Source: Fibrobacter succinogenes (GTDB lineage Bacteria > Fibrobacterota > Fibrobacteria > Fibrobacterales > Fibrobacteraceae). Taken from it: a DNA stretch of 64,000 bases. Shown piece after piece: positions 61,462-64,000 of the stretch. Under the pieces are notes generated by a model. The model did not search any database. It had not been told where the DNA came from and saw nothing but the letters and a program-made list of their open reading frames with translations. The stretch covers positions 410-64,409 of the forward strand of contig CACXMH010000013.1 in the NCBI GenBank assembly GCA_902768715.1, read 5' to 3'. The stretch's first letter is position 1. Each line of letters opens with the position of its first letter. The translations under genes and the position numbers were made by a program.

Positions 61462-62751
61462 CTAGAGCCTTTCGCCTATAAGGGCGAAGGGCTCTGTTTT
61501 TGTAATGCGCACTTGTAGAGCTTTGCCTGCCGGGATGTTCCCCTGCAGGGCCACGGGGCGGTAGGCGCAGTTACGTGCGATGGTGGTGCCTGCCCGGTGG
61601 CCTTGTTTTTCGGTCACGACCGTGCAGGTCTTGCCAACCCAGCGCTGGTTGTTTTCTTGGGCGATTTGCTGGAAGGCGTCGAACAGCTTTGCGGAGCGTT
61701 CGTGCTTTACGCTGTCGGGAACGGCAGGCGTGTCGTCGGCGTTTGCTTTTTCTATGCGGGCGGCAACGGTCCCTTTGCGGGCCACGAACCGCGTAATGTT
61801 ACAGACGGTGGGGCGGGTCTCCTTCAGCAGGTCAATGGTCTCTTGAAAGTCGGCATCTGTTTCTCCAGGGAAACCCACAATCAGGTCTGTACTGAGGGTG
61901 AACAGCGGGAACTTTTCTTGCAACTCCAGCGCAAAGTTACGGAAATTCTCCACGGAGTGCTTGCGGTTCATGAGCTGCAGAACGCGTTCGCTCCCGCTCT
62001 GGACAGGAACGTGCAAGAACTGGTAGAGCCGTTCGTCTTGGAAACATTCCAGCAGGGCGTCTTTATAGCCGAGGATGTGCCTCGGGTTTCCCATGCCCAG
62101 CCGGATCTTGTAGTTTCCGGGAACTTGGACGAGAATTTTTTGCGTGAGGTTTGCAAGGTTCGTGCCGGTGTCAAAACCGTAGCAGGCGCAGTCCTGCCCG
62201 CTGAGCTGAATCTCCAGGCATCCGTCTTCTACTAGGCGACGGACCTGTTCTACGATGGCGTCTTCGGGTTCGCTCCGGAGCTTGCCTTTGACCAGCTTTG
62301 TGGAGCAGAAGGCACAGGCGTCCAGGCAGCCTTCCTCGATGTTAACGATGCCTACGAAGGGGGACTGCCGGAGGATTCGCATGTCATTCTGGAGCCCCTC
62401 CGGGGCGATAGAATCCAAGGACTCTATCGCTTTCAAACTCGTGAACGATACCTTGTCCGAAATCTTGCGGGCTTCTTCCTGGAAATCCTTGGGAGCGCAT
62501 CCTGTTATAAAGATAGGTGCCTGCGGAAAAGCCGATACCGCCTGCTGCAAAAGTTTCAGGGCGGATCCGTTTCCTTTGACGGTGCACACGTTCAGGTAAA
62601 AGGCAAAAGGCTGCTCTGTCGGGAATTCAAAAGAGATGGAACAGTCCGGATGTTGTGCGGACAGCGCCCGGGCGATTTTTTCCCCGTCGCCGAAGTTGGC
62701 GGCACAGCCCTGGCTGAGAACTGCAATGACAGGCGAGGTGGCGGAACTCAT
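61462..62751 (-). CDS. Radical-SAM methylthiotransferase (MiaB/MtaB family) with a TRAM domain
   Basis: The N-terminal UPF0004 Cys pattern (QGCAAN, NVCTV, ITGC), the radical-SAM site EEGCLDACAFCS, and a C-terminal TRAM-like domain. ATG 62751 overlaps the upstream stop (ATGA). Confidence 0.8.
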   Translation of the reverse strand: MSSATSPVIAVLSQGCAANFGDGEKIARALSAQHPDCSISFEFPTEQPFAFYLNVCTVKGNGSALKLLQQAVSAFPQAPIFITGCAPKDFQEEARKISDKVSFTSLKAIESLDSIAPEGLQNDMRILRQSPFVGIVNIEEGCLDACAFCSTKLVKGKLRSEPEDAIVEQVRRLVEDGCLEIQLSGQDCACYGFDTGTNLANLTQKILVQVPGNYKIRLGMGNPRHILGYKDALLECFQDERLYQFLHVPVQSGSERVLQLMNRKHSVENFRNFALELQEKFPLFTLSTDLIVGFPGETDADFQETIDLLKETRPTVCNITRFVARKGTVAARIEKANADDTPAVPDSVKHERSAKLFDAFQQIAQENNQRWVGKTCTVVTEKQGHRAGTTIARNCAYRPVALQGNIPAGKALQVRITKTEPFALIGERL

Positions 62752-63998
62752 CTTTCGAACCGCTCCAGGGTGATTCCCGGATAGTAATGGCTCAGGATTT
62801 CGATGTAGCTCTGACCCGCCTGGGCCCGGGCTCGCACGCCCATCTGGCACATGCCTACGCCGTGGCCGAATCCCTTACCTTCGAGAATCCACTTGCTGCC
62901 CTCTTTCTTGACGGTAAAGAAACTGGAGGGGAGGATTGTACCGCCTTTGCGGAAAAGCCAACGGACCTTGTCGCCGCGGACTTCGAAGGTTCCCGCGTCC
63001 GTAGTGACCGCAAGTGTCAAGATGCGTCCGCTTTTGAGCGTATCCTTGACGGTAATGTCCTTGACTTTCTTGAAGGGGGCGACTTTCGCCTTGGAATCTT
63101 TGGCGTTCTGGACAAAGAGTTTCACCAGTTCGTCGCTCTCGAAGGTCCGCTCCCACTTGCTGTAGCTGGACTCCTTGCACCAGGGCGTTCCATCGCTTCG
63201 CAGGTCCGGCTTGCTCTTGAGGTAGGGAAGGTTCGGCTTTTCCCAGGTGTCCAGCGTCTCGGACATGCCTCCGCAGGTGGAGTGGTAGTAGGCGGTAATG
63301 AACTCGCCATTATACATCATGACCTCGCCCTTGGTCTCCTTGACGGCGCGGTCTGTCAGGGCCGTAGCGCTCTGGAGGCCCTTATACACCTGGTCCTTAG
63401 TGTCGGCGAACACGTCAAATCCCAAGGACTCCCGGCTCCCGAAATGCTTGTAGGCGTAGGTGCGGGCGGCTACCGCCTGGGCCTTCAGCGCCTCGAATCG
63501 GCTGCTGTCCAGCTGTCCGATTTCGTAAGGGATCACGCCCCGCAGGTAGTCTTCCATGTCCACCGTATTGACGGCGTTGATTTTCCCGTTGTTGTAGGAG
63601 ATGGTGAAAAATCCCGGATAGCAGGAACTAGCAAGTTGTTTTTGGGTCGGTGCGATAGAGACGCACTTGCCGTCATCAATGTCCTTTTTAACGGCGGTAA
63701 AGGAATTTTCCTTCCCCTGGAATTTCAACTCCTTGCCCTTGACGGTAACATGGATGACCTCTCCGCCTTTTGAAAGGTACAGTTCCTTGACGTCGGTATA
63801 GACCCCTACACGAAGAGGCCTATTCAAGTTCGTCGGTATCTTTTCCGCTTGAACTCGGGCCAAAGTATCTCCGGATACCGTCTTGATTTGCGTGGACGCA
63901 GGGGCTTCCCTCGGGCCTTTCGCCTGGACGTCGGAAACGTTCGTCGCTTCGATGGGCCTGAAATCTACAATCTCGGGCTCTTCGACGCTGGAGTCTTT
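62748..63998 (-). CDS. SpoIID/LytB-domain protein; the frame stays open to the window edge, so the 5' end may lie outside
   Basis: AVAARTYA and YHSTCGGMSE motifs. There is no stop in frame between 63864 and 63998, and the track start at 63863 is only a TTG. Confidence 0.75.
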   Translation of the reverse strand, partial: KDSSVEEPEIVDFRPIEATNVSDVQAKGPREAPASTQIKTVSGDTLARVQAEKIPTNLNRPLRVGVYTDVKELYLSKGGEVIHVTVKGKELKFQGKENSFTAVKKDIDDGKCVSIAPTQKQLASSCYPGFFTISYNNGKINAVNTVDMEDYLRGVIPYEIGQLDSSRFEALKAQAVAARTYAYKHFGSRESLGFDVFADTKDQVYKGLQSATALTDRAVKETKGEVMMYNGEFITAYYHSTCGGMSETLDTWEKPNLPYLKSKPDLRSDGTPWCKESSYSKWERTFESDELVKLFVQNAKDSKAKVAPFKKVKDITVKDTLKSGRILTLAVTTDAGTFEVRGDKVRWLFRKGGTILPSSFFTVKKEGSKWILEGKGFGHGVGMCQMGVRARAQAGQSYIEILSHYYPGITLERFER

Positions 63999-64000
63999 TT

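Noticed and set aside
1-64000. Defence systems, toxin-antitoxin pairs, transposases, integrases, rRNA operons.
   Set aside because: After reading all ORFs longer than about 100 aa on both strands, I recognised no motifs of these classes.

Overview
This is a 64-kb bacterial chromosomal window, roughly 50-55% GC by eye. It most likely comes from a Fibrobacter-like organism. The evidence for that is a lipoprotein with the Fibrobacter succinogenes major paralogous (FISUMP/TIGR02145-type) domain, a GH45 endoglucanase, and outer-membrane proteins with thrombospondin type-3 repeats plus an OmpA-like domain. I call about 56 protein genes and 2 tRNAs (Pro-GGG, Gly-CCC). I see no rRNA, CRISPR array, transposase or integrase.

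Recognisable content:
- A secretin fragment.
- A LysM lytic transglycosylase.
- An 11.9-kb minus-strand operon with four hybrid histidine kinases carrying different sensor modules (Cache-like, PAS, APC-permease fusion, 7TM), one Hpt protein, and one REC-(degenerate GGDEF)-EAL response regulator.
- ilvD, ilvB and ilvN.
- priA, dusA, ung, rnhB, thiG and thiL.
- A complete tolQ-tolR-tolA-like-tolB-pal-ybgF cluster.
- mnmA and the divergent epmB/efp pair.
- A GspE/PilB-type ATPase with tandem MshEN-like motifs.
- A radical-SAM methylthiotransferase.
- A SpoIID-like gene that runs off the right edge.

The most unusual signal is non-coding. Many intergenic regions are built from a modular repeat system. 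Its parts are arrays of degenerate heptanucleotide units (period 7, rich in TAG/TGA/TAA, several arrays dyad-symmetric), GTCATCC...GGATC(C) hairpins, and larger composite elements that recur in both orientations. There is also a conserved 95-nt two-hairpin element directly after the TAA stops of ilvN and efp (tandem after efp).

Other points worth a second look are a clean in-frame loss of the conserved DDGIAMGH segment in ilvD, a duplicated tRNA-Gly 3' end, and the APC-permease/histidine-kinase fusion.

All similarity and motif calls were made by eye and from memory. No searches were run.
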